DNA from: Syntrophomonadaceae bacterium
Lineage (GTDB): Bacteria > Bacillota > Syntrophomonadia > Syntrophomonadales > Syntrophomonadaceae
NCBI GenBank assembly: GCA_028683995.1
Contig: JAQUGU010000001.1
Span: 1-31,921, forward strand
Reading direction: 5' to 3'
DNA: 31,921 bases
Shown: piece by piece, positions 1-8,341 of the stretch
Position numbering within the stretch: position 1 is the stretch's first letter
How the letters are laid out: each line of letters starts with the position of its first letter
The notes under the pieces: generated by a model
The model's database searches: none
Told to the model about the DNA's origin: nothing
The model's input: only the letters and a program-made list of their open reading frames with translations
Position numbers and translations under genes: made by a program

Positions 1-29
1 ACCAGGCCTTCTACCCCGCCATTCGTCAT
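1..29 (-). CDS. rsgA: 5' fragment of a gene running off the window, probably ribosome small subunit-dependent GTPase A
   Basis: ATG at 29 reads MTNGGVEGLV, with SD GGAGGG at 35-40. rsgA/cpgA normally follows prkC/pknB in Firmicutes. Only 10 codons are visible, so the call rests mostly on synteny. Confidence 0.45.
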
Positions 30-69
30 AAATTCCCTCCAAATAATTAATAATTATGGTTGAAATACA

Positions 70-88
70 CCACCGTGGGCGCCCCTAC
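70..88 (-). repeat. Degenerate GTAG-type REP arm
   Basis: Minus strand reads GTAGGGGCGCCCACGGTGG. It has the same GTAGGGGC head as the other REPs, but the second half of the palindrome is missing. Confidence 0.55.
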
Positions 89-102
89 AGGGTTGAATAG
101 TC

Positions 103-123
103 GTCAGACATCAGACGTCGGAA
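103..123. repeat. Heptamer tandem tract beside a REP doublet
   Basis: GTCAGAC ATCAGAC GTCGGAA on the plus strand. Confidence 0.55.
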
Positions 124-125
124 TT

Positions 126-221
126 GTAGGGGCAGACCCGTGTGTCTGCCCGCCGAGTTTTCCTATCCCTACCGGTTAATGAACTGCCGACCCGCGGGCG
201 AACACATGGGTTCGCCCCTAC
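126..221. repeat. REP doublet 1 (inverted pair of GTAG-hairpin elements)
   Basis: GTAGGGGCAGACCCGTGTGTCTGCCC at 126-151 (+), a 44-nt spacer, then GTAGGGGCGAACCCATGTGTTCGCCC at 221-196 (-). Confidence 0.9.
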
Positions 222-231
222 ATCCGAAGGC

Positions 232-2064
232 CTACAGTTTACGTACCCTATATGGTTTGCCGTTTAGCTGTATATCCAGGCTGGCATTACCAAAATAGTT
301 TACCATCAGGTTAACCGTATCGCCTCCAACATGGAGTTGGTCATATATCTTCTTTTTGCCCTTAGCATCGTGCTGTATAATTACTACCGCGTAGTAATCG
401 CTTTCCCGAGGCAGGGGGATCTCAACCATCTGGGTTTGAGCTACCGGTCCCGGCCCCTTGCTTACCACCAGATTTACAGTTGTTCCTTCTTCCACCATAA
501 CTTCTGCTTTAGTATCCTGCTCTATAACCTGATCAGCGTAATAATCATTGCTATCCTTTTTTGTTACCTCTCCTAATACCAGTTTGCTATCCTGAATCTG
601 TTTCTGGGCCTCCTCCAGAGTTAAACCTATCAACTTGGGCATAGGGATTTTATCAGGGGTTGGCCCTTTGCTGACCATCAGGTCTATTTTGCTGTTTTTA
701 GCAACCCGGGTCCCTGCTCGGGGTTCCTGGGATATGATATATCCTTCCTTATATTTGTCATCGTAGATTTTATCAATACCTATTTCAAAGCCTTCATTGC
801 CAATAATTATTTCAGCATCGGCAAGTTCTTTCCCTACTACATTCGGCACTTTTATTTTTTCTGAACCTAAACTCAGGATTACCTCTATATGTTTACCTTC
901 CTTAACTTTTTGCCCCTTACCCGGTTCCTGGAATATAATTTCATCCTTCTTAAATTCGTCATTGAATTTCTTATCTTTAACATCCATAATTAGTTTTAAC
1001 TTATCAAGCTCTTTGTCGGCCTGATTAATATTCTGGCCCACGATATCCGGAACTACTACTTCCTGCCCAAAAAAGTTGCCCCCCAGCATGACTATCATGC
1101 CGAAAAAAAGGCCCAGCAGCGCAATAATAACATACACTCCGGCAGTGCGCAGCTTTCTTTTTTTCACCATTGCATCCGTCCCTTCAGTGGTAATAGGGGG
1201 CATCACTATTGTATCTCTACCAGCATGACCTGGCTTGTATCCCGCATAAGCCCCATTCATATTAAGCAAATCGTTACGCATTTTTTCAGCCGAAGGAAAC
1301 CTCTTTTCCGGTACTTTTTCCATAGCCCGGTATATTATTCCTTCCAGGGCCATGGGAATACTTTCATTAATCTGCCGGGGAGACACAACTTCATCATGAA
1401 TATGCTTCAATGCAACGGTAACCGGGCTTTCAGCATCGAAGGGGGTTTTGCCGGTAAGCATTTCGTATAATACACAGCCCAGTGAATATATATCAGTAGC
1501 CACAGTCAGTGGTTCTCCTTTGGCCTGCTCGGGGGAAATATAGTGAACCGAACCAACAATATTTCCGCCAAAAGTGATCGTTTTTTTACTTATAGCCTGG
1601 GCGATACCGAAATCAGCCACTTTTACCATCCCACTGGTAGTTATGAGAATGTTATGGGGTTTAATATCACGGTGAATTATGCCCTTCTCATGAGCATGTT
1701 GGATACCGTCACATATCATCACCGCAATATCAATGGCCCGGCCAACTGGTAATGGTGCTTCTTCAGCGATAAGATCTTTAAGGGTTTTTCCCTCTATATA
1801 TTCCATAACGATATAATATACGTCATCCTGCTGGCCTACATCGTATATGTTTACAATATTAGAATGGGACAAACGGGCTGCTGCCATGGCCTCGGTTTTG
1901 AATCTGCCGACAAAAGCTTGGTCTTTGGAGTATTCTTCTTTCAATATTTTTATGGCTACTATACGGTCTAGTATCTGGCAACGGGCTCTGTAAACATAGG
2001 ACATGCCACCTTCGCCAATCTTCTCCTGTAATTCATAACGATTACCTAAAATCGTAGGCTCCAA
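232..2064 (-). CDS. pknB: Ser/Thr protein kinase with PASTA repeats (Stk1/PrkC)
   Basis: Kinase motifs IGEGGM, VAIK, HRDIKPHN and DFG, then a TM helix and three PASTA-like repeats (VVVPDIVG, IKVPNVVG, IPMPKLIG). TTG start with SD GGAGGT. Confidence 0.95.
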   Translation of the reverse strand: MEPTILGNRYELQEKIGEGGMSYVYRARCQILDRIVAIKILKEEYSKDQAFVGRFKTEAMAAARLSHSNIVNIYDVGQQDDVYYIVMEYIEGKTLKDLIAEEAPLPVGRAIDIAVMICDGIQHAHEKGIIHRDIKPHNILITTSGMVKVADFGIAQAISKKTITFGGNIVGSVHYISPEQAKGEPLTVATDIYSLGCVLYEMLTGKTPFDAESPVTVALKHIHDEVVSPRQINESIPMALEGIIYRAMEKVPEKRFPSAEKMRNDLLNMNGAYAGYKPGHAGRDTIVMPPITTEGTDAMVKKRKLRTAGVYVIIALLGLFFGMIVMLGGNFFGQEVVVPDIVGQNINQADKELDKLKLIMDVKDKKFNDEFKKDEIIFQEPGKGQKVKEGKHIEVILSLGSEKIKVPNVVGKELADAEIIIGNEGFEIGIDKIYDDKYKEGYIISQEPRAGTRVAKNSKIDLMVSKGPTPDKIPMPKLIGLTLEEAQKQIQDSKLVLGEVTKKDSNDYYADQVIEQDTKAEVMVEEGTTVNLVVSKGPGPVAQTQMVEIPLPRESDYYAVVIIQHDAKGKKKIYDQLHVGGDTVNLMVNYFGNASLDIQLNGKPYRVRKL

Positions 2065-2080
2065 AATACTTACCTCCTAA

Positions 2081-2800
2081 TTAAATACGCAGCAGTATAA
2101 TGGTTATATTATCATAACCGCCTTTTTTAAGGGCAGCTTCTACCAGTGTATGAACCTTTTTTTGTACGCTTTCTTCCTGGTTCAAAACAGTTTCGATCTC
2201 ATTGTCCTCTAACATGTCGCTTAATCCATCACTGCATAATAAAACCAGGTCGTCGGCATATAGCTGATATTCAAAATTATCTATTAATACATCCTCCTGA
2301 ACCCCCAGAGCCCGGGTTAATATGTGATTGTAAGCACTGCTTTTCTTTTCAGCATGTTTCATTAAGCCATCAGTAACCATCTTTTCCGCGAGGGTATGAT
2401 CCCGGGTTATTTTTTTCAGCTTTCCATTGCGAAATATATACAGGCTGCTATCACCTACATTGGCTATTGAAAGCTGTTCCTTCTCTAACATGGCCGCAGT
2501 AATAGTTGTGCCCATCTCATGCCATTCCGGATTTTCTTGCCCTTGTGACCATATAAGACGGTTGGCCTTAAAAATGGCGGTGTTGAGGACGGATATATGG
2601 TTATCGCTTAGACTATCAGCGGCCAGGTTAAGCATATACTCTTCTATACAATCAACTGCCAGCTTAGATGCTATTTCTCCACCTTTGTGTCCCCCCATAC
2701 CATCACATACCACAAAAAGACCATAGTCATCCATTATCAGATAATGATCTTCGTTTTTTTCCCTTAACAGTCCAGTATCCGAAATACATGCTATATCCAT
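2081..2800 (-). CDS. prpC: PP2C-family Ser/Thr phosphatase (Stp1/PrpC)
   Basis: Motifs REKNED, VCDGMGGH, MGTT, NVGDS, CSDGL and GGYDNIT. Adjacent to the kinase. Confidence 0.93.
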   Translation of the reverse strand: MDIACISDTGLLREKNEDHYLIMDDYGLFVVCDGMGGHKGGEIASKLAVDCIEEYMLNLAADSLSDNHISVLNTAIFKANRLIWSQGQENPEWHEMGTTITAAMLEKEQLSIANVGDSSLYIFRNGKLKKITRDHTLAEKMVTDGLMKHAEKKSSAYNHILTRALGVQEDVLIDNFEYQLYADDLVLLCSDGLSDMLEDNEIETVLNQEESVQKKVHTLVEAALKKGGYDNITIILLRI

Positions 2801-2823
2801 ATGAACCCCTCTACCAACAATAA

Positions 2824-3897
2824 TTACTTCCTATAACCTGCCCTGAGCTGGCCGCAGGCAGCTTCAATATCTGCTCCCTTTTCCTCTCTAAGGGTAACAT
2901 TTACACCGGCCTCCAGGAGATAGTAGTAAAATTGATTTATCTTCTCTGGTGGCGGTTGCTTAAACTCCAAGCCTTCCACTTCATTATAGGGAATCAGATT
3001 AACATTGGCTAGTAAAGGTTTAAGCAGTTTAATTAACATTTGGGCATCTTCCCTGTTGTTATTAACCCCATCAAGCAACAAATATTCAAAAGTAACCCGC
3101 CGGTTAGTTAAGTGGATATATTGTTTAATAGAATTAATTAATTCTTCTAAAGGATATTTACGGTTTAAAGGGATAAGTCTATCACGCAATTCATTACTAC
3201 AGGCATGTAAAGATATGGCCAGGGTAACTTGCAGGTTTTCCTGCGCCAGCCTGTTTATGCCCTTAACATCACCTGCTGTAGAAATGGTAATATGCCTTTG
3301 CCCGATGTTTATTCCTTTAGGGTCATTTAAGCTATAAATGGATTGAATGACCTGGTCATAGTTCAACATCGGTTCACCCATCCCCATATAGACCACATTG
3401 GTTATTAATCCGTTCTCATTGGATTTTAGCCTTTTCTGCAGTTCTCGTTCCGAACCCAGAACTTGTCCTATCATTTCATAAGCCTGCAGGTTACGTTGAA
3501 AACCCGAATTACCGGTAGCACAAAAAACACAGCCTATCGGGCAACCTACCTGGGTAGATATACACAGGGTATAACGGGTATTTTTATTTCCATTATGGGG
3601 TATAACTACGATTTCAATACGTTTTTTATCTTCCAGTTCCATTAAAAACTTGCGGGTGCCATCTATAGATGCCCTCTGCTTTAATACCCGGGGAATAGAT
3701 ATGCGAGCAAGCTCGTCCAGCTTATTGCGTAAATCACGGGAGAGATCACTCATTTCATAAAAGGAACTGACTGCCTTTTGATAAATCCATCTGTGCACCT
3801 GGCGTCCCCGGTATCGGGGCTCACCGATTGACTCCATAAAATCTTCCAGTTCCTTTATTCCCATTCCCAGCAGTTCTGTTTTAGTTATAATGTTCAT
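2824..3897 (-). CDS. rlmN: 23S rRNA (A2503 C2) radical SAM methyltransferase
   Basis: CPIGCVFC (CxxxCxxC), MGMGEP and C-terminal AACGQL. Start moved to ATG 3897, which follows SD GGGGGT. Confidence 0.95.
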   Translation of the reverse strand: MNIITKTELLGMGIKELEDFMESIGEPRYRGRQVHRWIYQKAVSSFYEMSDLSRDLRNKLDELARISIPRVLKQRASIDGTRKFLMELEDKKRIEIVVIPHNGNKNTRYTLCISTQVGCPIGCVFCATGNSGFQRNLQAYEMIGQVLGSERELQKRLKSNENGLITNVVYMGMGEPMLNYDQVIQSIYSLNDPKGINIGQRHITISTAGDVKGINRLAQENLQVTLAISLHACSNELRDRLIPLNRKYPLEELINSIKQYIHLTNRRVTFEYLLLDGVNNNREDAQMLIKLLKPLLANVNLIPYNEVEGLEFKQPPPEKINQFYYYLLEAGVNVTLREEKGADIEAACGQLRAGYRK

Positions 3898-3953
3898 ATA
3901 AACCCCCAAGATTAAAGGAATTTCTTATGTCCGACCGAGGTAACGCGAATATT

Positions 3954-4050
3954 GTAGGGGCGAACCCATGTGTTCGCCCGCAAGTAGGCAGTTTATTAGC
4001 CGGTAAGGGTAAGGTACCCCGGGCGGGCAGACACATGGGTCTGCCCCTAC
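3954..4050. repeat. REP doublet 2
   Basis: GTAGGGGCGAACCCATGTGTTCGCCC at 3954-3979 (+), a 45-nt spacer, then GTAGGGGCAGACCCATGTGTCTGCCC at 4050-4025 (-). Confidence 0.9.
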
Positions 4051-4053
4051 AGA

Positions 4054-5487
4054 TTATGTACCCGCTCGGCCTCTTACCCCTGACGCCTTACTTTTCTGCA
4101 TCAGGGCAAAAAACATCCCATCAGTATCATATTTACCTGGCAGCAGGGTTAACATTCCCTGTCTGGCATTTTCTTTATCCCTGGCTTCCAGGGGAAAGAA
4201 GCTTAATTTTTGGTCAAATCCCACCAGGTCAAAAGGATTATCAGCTATAAAAGCTTGTACTACCTGCTCATTTTCTTCCGGTAAAATTGAACAGGTGGAG
4301 TATAACAGGTAACCACCACTATCTAGTAAGGAAACTGCCTTATGCAAAAACTGCGACTGTACGGAGGTAAGCTGCTTGATTCCTGCCATATCTTTATTCC
4401 ACCGGGCGTCAGAACGTCTATTTAGCACACCGCTGCCGGAGCAAGGGACATCCAGCAGTACCCGCCCAACTGGCTCCTGCTCTTCTTCCAGTAACATTAT
4501 ATCCTGAGTCCTGGCTTCAACTATATTTATACCCAGACGGGCACAATTGGCTTTTAACATGTCAATCTTCCTGGGATAGCTGTCACAGGCCTTAATTAAT
4601 CCCTGGTTTTGCATTTTTTCTGCCATATGAGTCGTTTTTCCTCCCACTCCACTGCATAAATCAAAGACTTTTTCCCCCGGGAGGGGGTCCAGAATGATAG
4701 CAGCCAGCATAGAAGCTTCGTTTTGGACATAAAAGCGACCTTCCCTATAAGCAGGTAATTCTTCCAGGGGGCCTTCCAGGGCCTCTATTCGGATACAGCA
4801 GGGTAAAACTGGACTGGCATAACATTTAACCCCACTCTGTTGCAGTTCCCGGATTAATTCGTCCTGACTAATCTTCAGGGTATTAACCCGGAAATCTACT
4901 TCCGCAGGCCGGTTGTTATAGGCCAGGATACTTTCACTCTGCTGTGCTCCAAAAAGAGTTAACAGGTTATCTACCAGTTCTTGGGGGTGGGAGTAATAAA
5001 CGGCCAGGTATTCCGGACTACCCGGGGGAGGATATTTAATATCATCCTTATGGCGTACAAGGTTACGCAGAACCCCATTGGTAACCTTGGCCAAATTAGG
5101 ATTGCAGCGTTTGCGGCTTAATTCTACAGCTTCATTGACAGAGGCAAAATCGGGAATACGCTCCATAAACATTATTTGATAGGCGGAAACCCTTAAAATA
5201 CTCCTTAGCCACGGATTCTGTTTACTTATATCTTGTTTTAGAAAAATATTAAGCACCCAGTCCAGGTGCTTAAGCATACGTATAGTACCATTTACCAACC
5301 CGGTCAATAAACTGCGGTCGGTAGCTGATAGCTTGGCGTGGCGCAGGGTTTTCATTAATGCCAGGTTGGCATAGGCACCCTGTTCCGTAACCTCATATAC
5401 CAGTTGTACTGCCTCTTCTCGTGCTTTACTAATCTTATCTCCAGCCCTATTTTTCGCTCTTGCATCCTCCTGCACTCTATTCATCAC
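4054..5487 (-). CDS. rsmB: 16S rRNA (C967 C5) methyltransferase with NusB-like N-domain
   Basis: Motifs DLCSGVGGKT, LDVPCSGSG, YSTCS and DGMFFA. The true start is uncertain (5487, 5484 or further downstream). Confidence 0.93.
   Translation of the reverse strand: MMNRVQEDARAKNRAGDKISKAREEAVQLVYEVTEQGAYANLALMKTLRHAKLSATDRSLLTGLVNGTIRMLKHLDWVLNIFLKQDISKQNPWLRSILRVSAYQIMFMERIPDFASVNEAVELSRKRCNPNLAKVTNGVLRNLVRHKDDIKYPPPGSPEYLAVYYSHPQELVDNLLTLFGAQQSESILAYNNRPAEVDFRVNTLKISQDELIRELQQSGVKCYASPVLPCCIRIEALEGPLEELPAYREGRFYVQNEASMLAAIILDPLPGEKVFDLCSGVGGKTTHMAEKMQNQGLIKACDSYPRKIDMLKANCARLGINIVEARTQDIMLLEEEQEPVGRVLLDVPCSGSGVLNRRSDARWNKDMAGIKQLTSVQSQFLHKAVSLLDSGGYLLYSTCSILPEENEQVVQAFIADNPFDLVGFDQKLSFFPLEARDKENARQGMLTLLPGKYDTDGMFFALMQKSKASGVRGRAGT
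4072..4092. repeat. Heptamer tandem tract inside the rsmB 3' end
   Basis: TCTTACC CCTGACG CCTTACT. It shares ACGCCTTAC (4083-4091) with 25858-25866. Confidence 0.5.
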
Positions 5488-6154
5488 CGCCGGTAAAAAT
5501 CATCAGGTAATAAAGCAAGGTAGCGATAGAAGATAGCGTAGCTGCCAGGTAAGTTAATGCAGCAGCTCCCAGTACCTTTTTAACCATGGGTACCTCAGTA
5601 CCGCTTATGATTCCGGATGAACTGAGTTGGGCAACCGCCCGGCGAGAAGCATTTAATTCTACTGGAAGGGTTACCAGGTGAAAAACAACTACCGCCGAAA
5701 AAAGAATTACACCCACCATAATAAGATCCAGGCTTTGCATGAAAAACCCCAGCAGCAGCACGGGAAACGAGGCTCCAGAGGCAAAATTAGCAATGGGAAC
5801 AATGCGATGACGCAGCTCCAGGGGGCCGTAACTTTCATGGTGCTGGATAGCATGCCCCACTTCATGAGCTGCCACCCCAATGGCAGCAATGGAATTGTTA
5901 TCATAAACAGTCTCTGACAGCCTTACTTTATGAGTGGTCGGGTCATAATGGTCAGATAAGCTTCCTGCTACCGGCTCTACCCCCACCTGTCCACTCATAC
6001 CATTTCTTCTTAAAATGGTAGTGGCTACTTCAGCACCGCTGATTCCCCTTGAAGATCTTACCTTAGAGTAACGATTAAATGTGGATTTGACTTTAAGCTG
6101 TGCGTAAATTGATAGAATCAAAGCCGGCAAAATAAAAATCAAATAACTAAGCAC
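5477..6154 (-). CDS. Membrane zinc metallopeptidase (YugP / Zn_peptidase_2-like)
   Basis: LSDHYDP, AAHEVGHAIQH (HExxH), PVELNAS and AAALTYLA. The GTG start at 6154 sits 9 nt from SD GGAGG, whereas ATG 6163 abuts the SD. Confidence 0.85.
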   Translation of the reverse strand: MLSYLIFILPALILSIYAQLKVKSTFNRYSKVRSSRGISGAEVATTILRRNGMSGQVGVEPVAGSLSDHYDPTTHKVRLSETVYDNNSIAAIGVAAHEVGHAIQHHESYGPLELRHRIVPIANFASGASFPVLLLGFFMQSLDLIMVGVILFSAVVVFHLVTLPVELNASRRAVAQLSSSGIISGTEVPMVKKVLGAAALTYLAATLSSIATLLYYLMIFTGGDE

Positions 6155-6911
6155 GGTTTTCATCCTCCTTTATAATGCTCTGCAGAGCAGCTTCAACTTC
6201 ATCCAGGTTTACTGTAGTATTAAAACAGGGCCCGTTAGGCCGGCAGTTTAATACCCCTATTACCGGCAGTCCACCCAGTTCATGAATTCCCAGGGATAAA
6301 TCCCTTTCGCAAGCTACCGCCACTACGCCCCGGGGATGGGTATCTAAAACAAATTTACGGGCCAGGGTTCCGCCGGTAGCCACTTTGATTATGGCATTAT
6401 ATTCCTCGGCCATCTCTTTTAGTTTGGCAATATCACATTTGCCACAACCTTTACAGTTGTTTACATCCATAGTAATCTTATGCGGACACTCCGAATCCTG
6501 CAGGCAGTGAGGAAGTAGAATCATTATCTGTTCCCCTCTCAGGCGCAGGTATTTTGAATGCACCAGGTAGTTATTTACGGCAATATATGATTGTAGTATT
6601 CTATCTTTGCTTATACCTACAAGCCTTCCGGTAAACAAAGCCAGAGGGAATAAGAGTTCATTGGCTCTTTGGCTTATAGTTTCCAACGATGGTATGGCTT
6701 GCGCCCTGATAATTATTATTACTATAGCTATGATTCCAAAAGCAAGTATTAAAAATAGTATAGTAGCCATTACGGTTATGCTGATTAATAATACCTGGCT
6801 TATAATAATATCGCGATTAGCAATCAGATAGTAAATAACCGCTACTATAGATAATATTAATAAAAGGCTGGCTGCCAGAAGGCCTATATATATTCGTTTT
6901 TTGGTATTCAA
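6147..6911 (-). CDS. DUF116-family membrane-anchored Cys-rich protein
   Basis: Two N-terminal TM segments, then LLPHCLQ, CKGCGKC, ATGGTLAR, VACERDL and RPNGPC. Its position after fmt is usual in Clostridia. Confidence 0.8.
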   Translation of the reverse strand: MNTKKRIYIGLLAASLLLILSIVAVIYYLIANRDIIISQVLLISITVMATILFLILAFGIIAIVIIIIRAQAIPSLETISQRANELLFPLALFTGRLVGISKDRILQSYIAVNNYLVHSKYLRLRGEQIMILLPHCLQDSECPHKITMDVNNCKGCGKCDIAKLKEMAEEYNAIIKVATGGTLARKFVLDTHPRGVVAVACERDLSLGIHELGGLPVIGVLNCRPNGPCFNTTVNLDEVEAALQSIIKEDENRA

Positions 6912-6927
6912 GCCTTTAACCCCCCGG

Positions 6928-7857
6928 TTAAGCTAACAAAGTACCGGGCTGTAGTTTACATCCCCTGAGAAAATCGCGGGCCGGCATACGTTTTTTTCCT
7001 GCCCTTTGAACCTCCAGGATTTCAATTATACCCTTACCGCTTTGAACCGTAAATCCTTCACTACCAACCTCAACTACCTGGGAAATCACCCCACTTCCAT
7101 CATTACTGATAACCCGGCTTTTAAAGACCTTGGTTTTATAAGTATCAATACTAATCCAGGCACCAGGAGCCGGGCTTAATGCCCGTATCTGATTATGAAT
7201 CGACTCTGCTGGTTGAGCCCAGTCGATTTTTTCATCGTCGGGACCAATACGACTGGCATAACTGGCCAGTTCATGCTGCTGTGGGATTCTGGGAGCAGTA
7301 CCATTTTCCAATTGGTCAATAGTTTCTTCCAGCAACAAGGCACCTTTTTCTGCCAATATAGCCTCCAACTGTCCATGATCATATTCATCTTTAACCGGTA
7401 TATCTAATTGCAGAATAATATCTCCAGTATCCAACCCTTCATCCATAAACATTGTTGTTATTCCGCTGGTTTTCTCTCCTTCCATCAAAGCCCTTTGTAT
7501 AGGAGCAGCTCCCCGATAGCGGGGCAGAAGAGAAGCATGAACATTAATACAACCAGCGGCCGGATACTCCAGTATTTCCGGGGGAATTATTTGCCCATAA
7601 GATACCACCACTATCAGCTCCGGTTGCCATAGTCTAATTTGTTGGGTGGCCTCCGGTGCTTTGATTTTAGCCGGTTGATATACAGGAATACCATGCTGCT
7701 GGGCTATTTCTTTTACTGGGGTTGGGCTTATCCGTTTTCCCCGCCCCCGGGGCCGATCCGGTTGGCTTATTACCCCAACTACCTGGTGCCGGGAGGCTAT
7801 TAAACTCTGTAATGAGGGAACCGCAAAAACAGATGTACCCATATAGACTATGTTCAA
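6928..7857 (-). CDS. fmt: Methionyl-tRNA formyltransferase
   Basis: YMGT, QPDRPRGRG and INVHASLLPRYRGAAPIQ. TTG start overlaps the def stop. Confidence 0.96.
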   Translation of the reverse strand: MNIVYMGTSVFAVPSLQSLIASRHQVVGVISQPDRPRGRGKRISPTPVKEIAQQHGIPVYQPAKIKAPEATQQIRLWQPELIVVVSYGQIIPPEILEYPAAGCINVHASLLPRYRGAAPIQRALMEGEKTSGITTMFMDEGLDTGDIILQLDIPVKDEYDHGQLEAILAEKGALLLEETIDQLENGTAPRIPQQHELASYASRIGPDDEKIDWAQPAESIHNQIRALSPAPGAWISIDTYKTKVFKSRVISNDGSGVISQVVEVGSEGFTVQSGKGIIEILEVQRAGKKRMPARDFLRGCKLQPGTLLA

Positions 7858-8330
7858 GATTTGTTCCTCCTGTGGGGAGATTCTGTATTGGTTTCACTGG
7901 CCCGATCAATAAAAAGTATTCCATCGAGGTGGTCTATTTCATGTTGAAACACACGAGCCAGGAGCTTTTCAGCTTCGTAAACTACCTCCTGCCCTTCTCG
8001 GTTAAGTCCTTTAACTGTAACCAGATTATTACGGGTGACCAGACCTACTACTTCAGGAACGCTAAGACACCCCTCACTACCAGTTTGTTCACCTTCCCGG
8101 GATATAATTTCCGGATTTATAAGTTCAATCAAATTATCCCCGATATCTATTACTATAATGCGTTTAGAAACACCAATTTGAGGGGCCGCAAGTCCTACCC
8201 CATCAAAGGCATACAGGGTATCACGCATGTTATCCAGTAATCTTAAGGTACCAGAATTAATACTTTTTATAGGTAACGCTTTATTGCGCAATATTTCATG
8301 AGGCATGGTTACTACCTGATATACTGCCAT
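7854..8330 (-). CDS. def: Peptide deformylase
   Basis: GVGLAAPQIG, EGCLS and QHEIDHLDG. Confidence 0.96.
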   Translation of the reverse strand: MAVYQVVTMPHEILRNKALPIKSINSGTLRLLDNMRDTLYAFDGVGLAAPQIGVSKRIIVIDIGDNLIELINPEIISREGEQTGSEGCLSVPEVVGLVTRNNLVTVKGLNREGQEVVYEAEKLLARVFQHEIDHLDGILFIDRASETNTESPHRRNKS

Positions 8331-8341
8331 TGATGTCCTCC

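Noticed and set aside
3927-4250. 107-aa plus-strand ORF (also 25762-26085)
   Set aside because: The peptides GANPCVRP and GRHMGLPLQ are just translations of REP arms. Both ORFs run antisense into real genes.
6155-6163. ATG 6163 as start of the Zn peptidase
   Set aside because: The SD abuts the ATG with zero spacing. GTG 6154 has 9-nt spacing.
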